From Acutalibacteraceae bacterium (GTDB lineage Bacteria; Bacillota; Clostridia; Oscillospirales; Acutalibacteraceae), in the NCBI GenBank assembly GCA_045605385.1, contig JAZUPW010000013.1, forward strand, positions 607 through 64,606: a DNA stretch of 64,000 nt. Reading direction: 5' to 3'. Position numbers and translations under genes: made by a program. Below, piece by piece: positions 35,713-44,643 of the stretch (its first letter is position 1; each line of letters opens with the position of its first letter). The notes beneath the pieces are model-generated. The model saw only the letters and a list, made by a program, of their open reading frames with translations, had not been told where the DNA came from and did no database searches.

Positions 35713-36654
35713 ATGAATTTTTTAAAACCCTTGTTTAATTTAATAAATCAGTATGTTTTTTCTCCCGTGCTGAGATTTTTTACCGAAATAAGCGGTGGAA
35801 GTTTCGCTATGGGTATTTTCTTGTTTACTCTTGTTATTAATCTTTTGCTTATTCCCCTAAGCATTAAAAGCCAGAAGGCTTCGGTTCAACAAATAAAAAT
35901 TAAGCCGAAGTTGGACGACTTAAAGAAAAGATGCGGCGACGATAAGCAGAAATATCAGCAGGGTATGCAGAAAATTTATACCGAAGAAAACGTTTCAATG
36001 GGCGGTGGCTGTTTGCCTATGTTCATTCGTTTGCTTCTTATTATGAGCGTTTATTACCTTGTAATTTCGCCTATTACCTATCTTGCGCCCACCGTTAGCG
36101 AAGAAACTCTTAACGGCGCAATTCAGGCAATAGAAACAACCGATACTTACAGGGCAGAACTTCTTGTAGTGGAACAGGCTTTGGCAGATAACGTTACAAA
36201 TGAAAATCTTCTTGCTGTAAGAGAAGGTATTAAGGATATTAAGTTTGAAATTTTAGGAGCAATTGACCTTACAAAAACTCCCGATTTTTCTCTTAATTTC
36301 TCAAATGTAACAAAAGAACAGGTTCTTTTGTGGACAATTCCTTTTGCTTCCTTTATAACAGCAATGTTCTCAAGCATTATAAGTATGTTGCAGCAAAAGA
36401 AGGTTAACCCAGGTGCGCCAAGTATGGCAGGCATGATGCTTACTATGCCAATTATTTCTTTGGTAATTGCATTCAGCGCTCCTGCAGGTCTTGGCTTCTA
36501 TTGGGCTTGTTCTTCGCTTATAGGTGCATTTATACAAGCGGGTGTTCAAGAATTTTACGGTCCGCATAAAATAATTGCAACCGAACAAAAAAAGGCAGTT
36601 TTAACTGCTTATGAAAAAGAAACAAAAATAAAAGCGGCTAATGCCGATAATTAA
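35713..36654 (+). CDS. yidC: YidC/Oxa1-family membrane protein insertase
   Basis: 313 aa with 5 TM helices. Contains the conserved PLSIKSQKA...KPKLDDLKKR segment. Synteny rnpA-yidD-yidC-jag. Confidence 0.9.
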   Translation: MNFLKPLFNLINQYVFSPVLRFFTEISGGSFAMGIFLFTLVINLLLIPLSIKSQKASVQQIKIKPKLDDLKKRCGDDKQKYQQGMQKIYTEENVSMGGGCLPMFIRLLLIMSVYYLVISPITYLAPTVSEETLNGAIQAIETTDTYRAELLVVEQALADNVTNENLLAVREGIKDIKFEILGAIDLTKTPDFSLNFSNVTKEQVLLWTIPFASFITAMFSSIISMLQQKKVNPGAPSMAGMMLTMPIISLVIAFSAPAGLGFYWACSSLIGAFIQAGVQEFYGPHKIIATEQKKAVLTAYEKETKIKAANADN

Positions 36655-36672
36655 ATTTAGGAGGATATTCTT

Positions 36673-37566
36673 GTGATTAAAGAAGCATTCGGAATAGCCG
36701 ATACCGTTGAAGAGGCTAAAGAGGCTGCTATTGCCGAACTTAATGCCGGTATAGATGCAGATATATCGTTTGAAATAATAGATATGCCCAAGAAAAAATT
36801 GTTGGGAGTTTTTGGCGGAAGCAAGGCTAAAGTAAGAGCCTACGTTGAAATTGCCGAAAAAGAAAAGAAAAAACAAAAACCGCAGAAAAAGGCTCCACAG
36901 GTTCGCACAAACAAAGAAGAAACTATTCAGAAGCCTAAGGCTGCAAAGGTTGAAAAAGAAGCAAAACCTGTTAAAAATGATTCCGTTTACAGCGATGCTG
37001 TTGATTATACAGAATTAGAAGCAAACACCCCTGCGCACAAGGCAGTTAATTACTTAATTAAAGTTTTAGAAGGTCTTGGCTGCAGAGAATTAAACGCAAA
37101 GGTTGCTTTAAAAGATGGCGGAGCAAGAATTGCGCTTACGGGCGAAGGTCTTGGCGCTTGTATAGGTCACCGCGGTGAAACCTTAGATGCTTTACAGTAT
37201 CTTTGCTCTATGGTTGCAAGTGTTGGCGGATATTACCGTATTTCTTTAGACGTTGGTAACTATCGCGAAAAGAGAGAAAGAACATTAACTTCATTGGCTA
37301 ACCGTATAGCCGCACAGGTTATACGCAGTGGCAGAAGCCGTTCTTTAGAACCTATGAATCCTTATGAAAGAAGAATTATTCATACCGCAGTTCAGGAAAT
37401 CGAAGGTGTTACTTCTAACTCTGTGGGCGAGGGTGACCGCCGTCACGTTGTTATAAGTCCCGACGGTACAGTGGCAAAGAAAAACGATAATCAAGCAACT
37501 GCTTCTGTTTCCAGAGCGCCTAGAAGCGATTCTGATTCATTACCCCTTTACGGAAAAATTAAATAA
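36673..37566 (+). CDS. jag: RNA-binding protein Jag/KhpB (Jag_N-KH-R3H)
   Basis: GTG start. Jag_N domain, Lys-rich linker, KH-like region (GHRGETLDALQYL) and R3H region (EPMNPYERRIIHTAV). Confidence 0.9.
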   Translation: MIKEAFGIADTVEEAKEAAIAELNAGIDADISFEIIDMPKKKLLGVFGGSKAKVRAYVEIAEKEKKKQKPQKKAPQVRTNKEETIQKPKAAKVEKEAKPVKNDSVYSDAVDYTELEANTPAHKAVNYLIKVLEGLGCRELNAKVALKDGGARIALTGEGLGACIGHRGETLDALQYLCSMVASVGGYYRISLDVGNYREKRERTLTSLANRIAAQVIRSGRSRSLEPMNPYERRIIHTAVQEIEGVTSNSVGEGDRRHVVISPDGTVAKKNDNQATASVSRAPRSDSDSLPLYGKIK

Positions 37567-37573
37567 AAACACA

Positions 37574-37609
37574 AACGGCTTGTCAAAAATTTTGACAAGC
37601 CGTTTTTTT
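37574..37609 (+). terminator. jag operon terminator
   Basis: cggcttgtcaaaa / ttttgacaagccg 13-bp stem followed by T7. Confidence 0.85.
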
Positions 37610-37731
37610 GCAAAAAAAATAACCGCCCATAAACGGCGGAAAAAGCAATATAAAGTTTCAGCCAAAACCGACTTGTGCATAAAGCATAAGTCGGTTTTAA
37701 TATTTAAGCTGATCTTAAGGTTTCCCTTTAA

Positions 37732-37992
37732 TTAGTTAGCCTTGTTTAAACGGCAAACTAAAGCAGATTTCTTTCTTGCAGCAGTATTCTTATGAAGAAT
37801 ACCCTTAGCGGTAGCCTGATCTATTTTCTTAACAGCAACCTTTACTGCTTCTGCAGCATCAGCAGACTTGTTTTCAATAGCGGCATCTGCTTTCTTAACA
37901 GCGGTTCTTAAAGCAGAACGGTAAGCCTTGTTACGTTCAGCGTTAGCAGCATTAACGATAACACGCTTCTTAGCAGATTTAATGTTTGGCAT
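37732..37992 (-). CDS. rpsT: 30S ribosomal protein S20
   Basis: MPNIKSAKKRVIVNAANAERNKAYRS... is the typical S20 N-terminus. Length 86 aa. Confidence 0.95.
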   Translation of the reverse strand: MPNIKSAKKRVIVNAANAERNKAYRSALRTAVKKADAAIENKSADAAEAVKVAVKKIDQATAKGILHKNTAARKKSALVCRLNKAN

Positions 37993-38113
37993 CGTTACAC
38001 CTCCCCAGAATTAATCGCATACAGTTATAATACCACTAATTGCAAAAAAAAGCAACAACTTTTTTAATAAATTTTAAAATAAAGAAAACACTAAATTTAA
38101 GGAAGTGTTTTAT

Positions 38114-38959
38114 ATGAACAGAACCGATTTGGCAATAGAGTTAAAGGAACAGGCATCGGATTTAAGCGGGATTGAAAGTCAAACTGTAAAAAACGGTTTG
38201 CTTACAGTTACCAAAATAAAGGTTACCAGTGAAAAGGGAAGTAAAACTATAGGCAGGCCAATTGGTACTTATATTAATATTGATGTGCCCGATTTATGCT
38301 TACACGGCGGGGAGTACGGACAACTTGAAGAAATAATAATAGAAGCGCTTAACGGTTTTAAGTTTCCTAAAAATAATATTCTTGTTGCGGGGCTGGGAAA
38401 CAGAAAAATCACTCCTGACACGTTAGGCCCCGCTACGGCTGATTCGGTTCTTGCAACAAGGCATATTTCGGAAGATTTAAAAAAACAAACGGGACTATCA
38501 ACCCTTAAAAACGTTTCGGTAATTCTTCCCGGTGTTTTGGGACAAACGGGTATAGAAACCGTTGAAATAATAAAAGGAGTTATAGCATCGGCAAAAATAG
38601 AAGGACTTATTGTAATTGATGCTTTTGCGGCAAGTGACGTAAAGCGGTTGGCTACTACAATTCAACTTTGTGATACAGGTATTTCTCCGGGTTCGGGTGT
38701 TGGTAACAACCGAAAAGAAATTAGCGAAACCACGCTTGGTATTCCTGTAATTGCCGTTGGTGTTCCAACCTGCGTTGATGCAAGTGTTATTGCCGCTTCA
38801 GTAACAGGGTATAAAGATAACGGGGAAAAAGTAAATATGATAGTCACACCAAGAGAAATAGATATACTGATAGACCGAAGCGCTACAGTACTTTCAAGAG
38901 CAATTAATTTCTTTTTACAGCCCGATACCGACAGAGAATTGCTTATTTCCGTTGTATAA
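38114..38959 (+). CDS. gpr: spore germination protease GPR
   Basis: MNRTDLAIE N-terminus. GLGN...TPD and AVGVP motifs. Conserved synteny rpsT-gpr-spoIIP. Confidence 0.85.
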   Translation: MNRTDLAIELKEQASDLSGIESQTVKNGLLTVTKIKVTSEKGSKTIGRPIGTYINIDVPDLCLHGGEYGQLEEIIIEALNGFKFPKNNILVAGLGNRKITPDTLGPATADSVLATRHISEDLKKQTGLSTLKNVSVILPGVLGQTGIETVEIIKGVIASAKIEGLIVIDAFAASDVKRLATTIQLCDTGISPGSGVGNNRKEISETTLGIPVIAVGVPTCVDASVIAASVTGYKDNGEKVNMIVTPREIDILIDRSATVLSRAINFFLQPDTDRELLISVV

Positions 38960-39006
38960 AATTTTCTTTGTTTTCATATATATAAACAAAGAAAAAACAG
39001 GGGGCA

Positions 39007-40008
39007 GTGGTTTTGAAAGATAAATGCGGAAGTTTGTTTTTAAGTGTTGTTTCAATTATTTGTCTTGCCGTAACTTTGTTTTCGGTATATCTGCTTTTAG
39101 ATAATAAGCAAATTATAAACGAAAATTTTTCTTTAAAAGAGTATACAGTTGAAAATTCTACTGAGATAACACAACCTTCCGTAAGTGAAGAAAGCGAAGC
39201 GGTAGAAACGGTATCACCTGAAAATGCGGTGGGTAAAATCAGCGAAAAAACCGTTTCTCCGTATACGGCAAATACTTCATATAACAATATTTACGTAAAC
39301 AACAAAACCAAACAACCCTTTAATATAAGTGAGTTTTTAAAAGAAGATTTTAATATTAAATTTAGCAAAAATTCTACACCGCAAGCTCTTATAATTCATA
39401 CCCACACAAGCGAATGTTATTTGAAAGAATCCAGAGATTACTATACCGAAAGCGACGTTACAAGAACTACCGATACGTCTTATAACGTTGTGGCGGTAGG
39501 TGACGTAATAGCAAAAAAACTTAATAATGCAGGGTTCAACACATTACACGATACAACGGTTCACGATACCGCTTATACGGGCAGTTATTCGCGAAGCGCT
39601 AAAACCATAAAGAATTATTTAAGCGAGTATCCCTCAATTAAACTTGTAATTGACGTGCACCGCGATTCTATTGGAAGTGATACCAACAAGGTAAAACCTG
39701 TTACCGTTATTCAAAACAGAAAAGCGGCGCAGGTAATGCTTGTTATGTGTTGCGGCGAAGGAATTGATGACTTTAATAATTGGCGCGATAATTTAAAATT
39801 TGCGCTAAAGTTTCAGCAAACAATGGAGGTAATGTATCCATCTCTTGCAAGAAGTATGCATTATTTATCTTATAAATATAATCAAAATCTTTCTACACCA
39901 TCGATTTTGCTTGAAGTGGGAACAGATTCAAATTCCATAGAAGAAGCTCTTACAGGGGCAGATTTCGCAGCAAATGCGTTGGTGGCGTATATGAACACTC
40001 TATCATAA
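39007..40008 (+). CDS. spoIIP: stage II sporulation protein P
   Basis: N-terminal TM anchor, the ALIIHTHTSECY motif and DVHRDS, in a SpoIIP/amidase-like layout. Located downstream of gpr. Confidence 0.85.
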   Translation: MVLKDKCGSLFLSVVSIICLAVTLFSVYLLLDNKQIINENFSLKEYTVENSTEITQPSVSEESEAVETVSPENAVGKISEKTVSPYTANTSYNNIYVNNKTKQPFNISEFLKEDFNIKFSKNSTPQALIIHTHTSECYLKESRDYYTESDVTRTTDTSYNVVAVGDVIAKKLNNAGFNTLHDTTVHDTAYTGSYSRSAKTIKNYLSEYPSIKLVIDVHRDSIGSDTNKVKPVTVIQNRKAAQVMLVMCCGEGIDDFNNWRDNLKFALKFQQTMEVMYPSLARSMHYLSYKYNQNLSTPSILLEVGTDSNSIEEALTGADFAANALVAYMNTLS

Positions 40009-40019
40009 GGAAGTTTTAA

Positions 40020-40217
40020 ATGAAAACGAATACAAAAATTTTCTGGCGTACCGTAAAATATACGTCGGTTTGGATATTGGCTTTTGCCATTTTAATATAC
40101 GGAATATGTAAAAGTTATTTACAAATAAGAAGAATAGGATTTGGGGAATATAAAAACGCCGTTGAATACAAAGACGGCGTTTTAAGTGTATTTGATTTTG
40201 AAATTGTTATAAATTAA
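40020..40217 (+). CDS. hypothetical small membrane protein
   Basis: 65 aa with one TM helix (SVWILAFAILIYGI). SD aaggaag lies 7 nt upstream. Confidence 0.45.
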   Translation: MKTNTKIFWRTVKYTSVWILAFAILIYGICKSYLQIRRIGFGEYKNAVEYKDGVLSVFDFEIVIN

Positions 40218-41116
40218 GAAAGCGCTGTTTTTAAGTTTTCGGCATTTTTCTTCATAAGCGAATAATAGGTTTCGCCGTTTTCAAATTCTTCTTTGGTAAC
40301 GTTGTGGCATGAATGGAATAAAAGCGCTTTACAGCCCGTTTCGCTTACAACGGTTTCTGCCATTTTTTTATTAGAAAATTCGGTATAAAAAACAGCGGGA
40401 ATTTTTTGTTCTTTTACGGCTTTAATTAAATCGGTAACAGCCGAAGCATTAGGTTCTGTATGCGAATTGCAACCTGGGAATGCCGAAATAACGTTAAGGT
40501 TATATTCATCGGTAAAATGTCTTACTGGAAAACGGTCGGCAAAAACAACGGTTTTTCTTTCTGCATTTTTTACTATTGCAAGGAACAAAGTGTCAAGTTC
40601 GTTTAATTTATTGGTATATTCTGCAAAATTCTTGTTATATATACCGCTGTTATTAAAGGAAAGGTCGGCGAGTTCGCACATAATAGCATAAGTAATTGCT
40701 TTGGCATTGACAGGCGAAGTCCATACGTGTTCGTCACTTTCGTGATTATGCTCGTTATGGATATCCGTTTCCTTTACAACGTCAAGCATTTTAATAACGT
40801 TAAGTTCTTTGTTATCGTTTATCAAAGAATCTACCCACTTTTCGTTTTCACCGCCAACACAAATAAGCAAATCGCTTTTTTGTATTTTTATAATATCGGC
40901 AGGCGTGGGCTCATAGTCGTGCGCTTCCTGTCCGGGTTTCAAAAGCAAGGTTATATTGGCATAAATTCCGCAAAGTTCTCTTGCAAAATCGTATGCGGGA
41001 AAACAACTTGTAACAATGTTTAATTTGTCGTTTTGTTCTTTCGGTGTTGAACTGCAAGAACAAAGCAATGTACAAACAAGTGTTAAACAAATAATGGTTA
41101 AAACAAATTTTTTCAT
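40214..41116 (-). CDS. metal (Zn/Mn) ABC-transporter substrate-binding lipoprotein, ZnuA/TroA family
   Basis: I place the start at ATG 41116 (lipobox LVCTLLCSCSS). Contains a His/Glu-rich loop (HNEHNHESDEHVWTSP) and cluster-9 SBP layout. No permease or ATPase gene lies adjacent. Confidence 0.75.
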   Translation of the reverse strand: MKKFVLTIICLTLVCTLLCSCSSTPKEQNDKLNIVTSCFPAYDFARELCGIYANITLLLKPGQEAHDYEPTPADIIKIQKSDLLICVGGENEKWVDSLINDNKELNVIKMLDVVKETDIHNEHNHESDEHVWTSPVNAKAITYAIMCELADLSFNNSGIYNKNFAEYTNKLNELDTLFLAIVKNAERKTVVFADRFPVRHFTDEYNLNVISAFPGCNSHTEPNASAVTDLIKAVKEQKIPAVFYTEFSNKKMAETVVSETGCKALLFHSCHNVTKEEFENGETYYSLMKKNAENLKTALS

Positions 41117-41137
41117 AAAAACTCCATTTAAAAAACA

Positions 41138-41161
41138 CCTCGGCAAAATTCTGCCGAGGTT
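41138..41161 (-). terminator. gdhA terminator
   Basis: The minus strand reads acctcggcag aatt ttgccgaggt, followed by gtttttta. Confidence 0.7.
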
Positions 41162-41170
41162 ATTTGTTTT

Positions 41171-42526
41171 TTATACAGTACCCTGTGCTTTCATGGCTTC
41201 TGCGACTTTAATAAAGCCTGCGATATTAGCACCTGCAATAAGGTCGCCTTCAAAACCGTATTCTTTAGCGGCTTTAACGGAATTATCAAATATGGATTTC
41301 ATAATTCCTTTAAGTTTTTCATCAACTTCTTCGGCAGACCAGTTATATCTCATAGAGTTCTGGCTCATTTCAAGACCGCTTACAGAAACACCGCCTGCGT
41401 TAACAGCTTTAGAAGGAGCAATAACAACGCCGTTTTCTTTAAGATATTCAATTGCTTCGTTAGTTGTAGGCATATTAGAAACTTCAACGTAATACTTAAC
41501 GCCGTTTTTAACTATCATTTCGGCTTCTTTCATATCAACTTCGTTCTGTGTAGCGCAAGGCATAAGAACATCGGCTTTAACGCCCCAAGGTTTCTGACCT
41601 TCAAAGTAAGGAACACCGAATTTATCAGCGTATTCTTTAACTTTATCTTTGCCCGATGCGCGCATATCTAACATAAATTCAATCTTTTCATCGGTAACAA
41701 TACCGTCTTCATCATAAATGTAGCCGTCGGGACCTGAAATGGTAACAACTTTACCGCCGAGTTCAGCAATTTTCTTAACCGTACCCCAGGCAACGTTACC
41801 GAAACCTGAAACAGCAAAAGTTTTGCCAACAATACTTTCACCGTAAGATTTAAGTAATTCTTCGGTGTAATAAACAGCGCCGAAACCTGTTGCTTCGGGA
41901 CGGATAAGCGAACCACCGTAGGGAAGTCCCTTACCGGTTAAAACGCCTGTAAAGTCGTTCTGTAAACGCTTATACTGACCGAAAAGATAACCGATTTCTC
42001 TTGCGCCAACACCAAGGTCACCTGCAGGAACGTCGGTGTTAGGACCAATGTGTCTGAAAAGTTCAGTCATAAAACTCTGGCAGAAACGCATAACTTCAGC
42101 GTCGCTCTTGCCGCGTGGGTCAAAGTCGGAACCACCCTTACCGCCGCCCATAGGAAGACCTGTAAGGCTGTTCTTGAAGGTTTGTTCAAAGCCTAAAAAC
42201 TTAATAATTGAAGCGTTAACGGTGGGATGGAAACGGAGTCCGCCCTTGTAAGGACCTATAGCGGAGTTGAACTGTACACGGAAACCGCGGTTAACCTGAA
42301 CTTTGCCGTTATCATCTACCCACGGAACGCGGAAAATAATCTGACGTTCAGGTTCTACCATACGTTCAACAACGCCTGCTTCAACTAAGTCGGGACGCTG
42401 TTCAATAACGGGTTCAATTGAACTTAAAACCTCGGTAACTGTCTGAATAAATTCAGGTTCGCCGGGATTACGTTTTTTAACTGTTTCTAATACGGAAATA
42501 AGATATTCGTTTTTCATTTTTTTCAC
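41171..42526 (-). CDS. gdhA: NADP-specific glutamate dehydrogenase
   Basis: 451 aa. Contains the GLPMGGGKGGSDFDPRGKS active-site motif and the GFGNVAWG Rossmann motif. Confidence 0.95.
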   Translation of the reverse strand: MKKMKNEYLISVLETVKKRNPGEPEFIQTVTEVLSSIEPVIEQRPDLVEAGVVERMVEPERQIIFRVPWVDDNGKVQVNRGFRVQFNSAIGPYKGGLRFHPTVNASIIKFLGFEQTFKNSLTGLPMGGGKGGSDFDPRGKSDAEVMRFCQSFMTELFRHIGPNTDVPAGDLGVGAREIGYLFGQYKRLQNDFTGVLTGKGLPYGGSLIRPEATGFGAVYYTEELLKSYGESIVGKTFAVSGFGNVAWGTVKKIAELGGKVVTISGPDGYIYDEDGIVTDEKIEFMLDMRASGKDKVKEYADKFGVPYFEGQKPWGVKADVLMPCATQNEVDMKEAEMIVKNGVKYYVEVSNMPTTNEAIEYLKENGVVIAPSKAVNAGGVSVSGLEMSQNSMRYNWSAEEVDEKLKGIMKSIFDNSVKAAKEYGFEGDLIAGANIAGFIKVAEAMKAQGTV

Positions 42527-42548
42527 CTTTACTATTAATATAATTTAT

Positions 42549-44315
42549 TTATACACGGTTTTCAATATCAGTTTTAAGAGCGCTTAAAAACTCTTCAAAA
42601 CTCATTGTTGTGGTTTCGGCAGTATCACGGTTTCTAACCGAAACAGTGTTTTCTTCTGCCTCTTTTGCGCCAAGAACAAGCATATAAGGAACGCGGTCAA
42701 CAGCCTGTGCTTCACGAATTTTATAGCCTATTTTTTCGTTTCTGTCGTCAAGTTCACAGCGTATTCCCGCCGCCTTTAATGCACTATAGATTTTATTGGC
42801 ATATTCAGCGGTTTTTTCGGAAACAGGCAATACTTTAACCTGTGTGGGAGCCAACCAAGCGGGGAACTTACCTGCAAAATGTTCGGTAAGTATACCGATA
42901 AAGCGTTCAATAGAACCAAAGCAAACGCGATGTATCATAATCGGGCGTTCTTTTTCGCCTTTATCGTTGGTATATTCAAGTTCAAAGTTTATAGGCATCT
43001 GGAAGTCAAGCTGAATTGTACCGCACTGCCATGTTCTGCCTAAACTGTCTTCAAGATGGAAGTCAATTTTCGGGCCATAGAACGCGCCGTCGCCTTCGTT
43101 AATTATATAATTAAGGCCCAACTGTTCAAGAGCACTCTTTAAACCGTTTGTAGCTGCATCCCAATCTTCATCGCTTCCCATAGAGTTTTCGGGACGTGTA
43201 GAAAGTTCTACAAAATACTTGAATCCGAATTTTTCATAAACTTCGTTAATTAAGTGAACAACCTTTACAATTTCATCGGTAATCTGGTCTTTTCTCATAA
43301 ATATATGAGCATCGTCCTGAGTAAAACAACGAACTCTGAAAAGACCGTGAAGCGCACCCTTTAATTCATGGCGGTGAACAACACCCAATTCGCCGACTCT
43401 AAGAGGTAATTCGCGGTAAGAGTGAGGCTGACTTGAATAAACCATAACACCGCCCGGACAGTTCATAGGCTTAATGCAATATGTTTCTTCATCAATTTCG
43501 GTAGAATACATGTTATCTTTATAGTGGTCCCAATGTCCGCTTGTTTCCCAAAGTTTACGGTTCATTATCTGTGGTGTAGAAACTTCTACGTAATCCTCGC
43601 GGTAATGAATATCGCGCCAGTAATTAATAAGCGCATTTTTTAGTGCCATACCTTTTGGTAAGAAGAATGGGAACCCCGGACCTTCTTCACAAAGCATAAA
43701 CAAGCCCATTTCTTTGCCAATTTTTCTGTGGTCGCGTTTTTCGGCTTCGGCAAGTAAGGTAAGATAATCGTCAAGTTCAGCCTGTGTAGCAAAAGCAATA
43801 CCGTTTATACGGGTAAGCATTTTGTTGTTCTTATCGTTTTTCCAATAAGCGCCCGACTGACCTGTGATTTTAAATGCTTTTAATGCCTTTGTGTAATTAA
43901 GGTGAGGACCAACGCACATATCAACATATTCACCCTGCTGATAAAAACTTATTGTTGCGTCTTCGGCTAAATCGCCAATATGCTCAACCTTATACTTTTC
44001 GCCTCTTTCTTCCATAAGTTTAATTGCTTCGCTTCTTTCAAGAATAAAAGGCTTAATAGGAAGGTTTTCTTTAACTATTTTACGCATTTCGGCTTCTATT
44101 GATGCTAAATCTTCATCGGTAAGTTTAGTATCACCCAAATCAACGTCGTAATAAAAACCTTTTTCAGTTGCAGGACCGTAGGCAAAATCTGCATGGGGAT
44201 AAAGTCTTTTTATGGCTTGTGCCATAACGTGTGCGGCAGTGTGGCGAATAATGTGAAGTTGCTCTGCTGCATCTTCGCATTCTTTTACAGCGCCGTCAAA
44301 ATAAACTGCTTTCAT
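42549..44315 (-). CDS. thrS: threonine--tRNA ligase (N-terminally short form lacking most of the TGS domain)
   Basis: The editing-domain motif HIIRHTAAHVMAQA starts at residue ~21. Class II core motifs (FRVRCFTQDDAHIF, GSIERF) and an anticodon-binding domain are present. Preceded by a T-box. Confidence 0.92.
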   Translation of the reverse strand: MKAVYFDGAVKECEDAAEQLHIIRHTAAHVMAQAIKRLYPHADFAYGPATEKGFYYDVDLGDTKLTDEDLASIEAEMRKIVKENLPIKPFILERSEAIKLMEERGEKYKVEHIGDLAEDATISFYQQGEYVDMCVGPHLNYTKALKAFKITGQSGAYWKNDKNNKMLTRINGIAFATQAELDDYLTLLAEAEKRDHRKIGKEMGLFMLCEEGPGFPFFLPKGMALKNALINYWRDIHYREDYVEVSTPQIMNRKLWETSGHWDHYKDNMYSTEIDEETYCIKPMNCPGGVMVYSSQPHSYRELPLRVGELGVVHRHELKGALHGLFRVRCFTQDDAHIFMRKDQITDEIVKVVHLINEVYEKFGFKYFVELSTRPENSMGSDEDWDAATNGLKSALEQLGLNYIINEGDGAFYGPKIDFHLEDSLGRTWQCGTIQLDFQMPINFELEYTNDKGEKERPIMIHRVCFGSIERFIGILTEHFAGKFPAWLAPTQVKVLPVSEKTAEYANKIYSALKAAGIRCELDDRNEKIGYKIREAQAVDRVPYMLVLGAKEAEENTVSVRNRDTAETTTMSFEEFLSALKTDIENRV

Positions 44316-44329
44316 TATATTTCCTCCAA

Positions 44330-44600
44330 TCTTTTTGGCGTTAAAAACAAATGCACCCTTAACGCCTTAGGGCATTAAGGGTGCAGAATAGTGCACGGTT
44401 CCACCTTAATTTTTAGCTCATTAACGGTTATATAAACCTTTTCTTTAACGCAGAAATACGGCAAACGCTTACTTCTTTTAAGGTTAGGCGTTGCGGCTCG
44501 GGAAGGGTTTTCATACAATACCTTTAATGAAAAACTTACAGCAAATGTTTTTCTCTCTGAAAAAAAGGTAAAGATTACTTTTTCCGTCACAGCCTTTTGA
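44330..44600 (-). promoter_or_regulatory. T-box leader (threonine) of thrS
   Basis: The minus strand carries an AGAGA box (cagagagaa), an F-box-like CCGTTA and the T-box sequence aaattaAGGTGGAACCGTGc (44394-44407 on the plus strand). Next comes a terminator gcacccttaatgccctaaggcgttaagggtgc plus T-run (44341-44384). A candidate ACC specifier lies in gaaaACCc. Confidence 0.85.
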
Positions 44601-44607
44601 TTTTAGT

Positions 44608-44636
44608 ATTATATCATACCAAAAATTAAATGTCAA
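44608..44636 (-). promoter_or_regulatory. consensus sigma-A promoter of the thrS T-box leader
   Basis: Minus strand: TTGACA (44636-44631), 17-nt spacer, TGaTATAAT extended -10 (TATAAT at 44613-44608). Confidence 0.8.
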
Positions 44637-44643
44637 TGCGTAA

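Noticed and set aside
44375-44590. 71-aa ORF upstream of thrS
   Set aside because: It coincides with the T-box leader, including the T-box sequence and terminator, so it is not coding.
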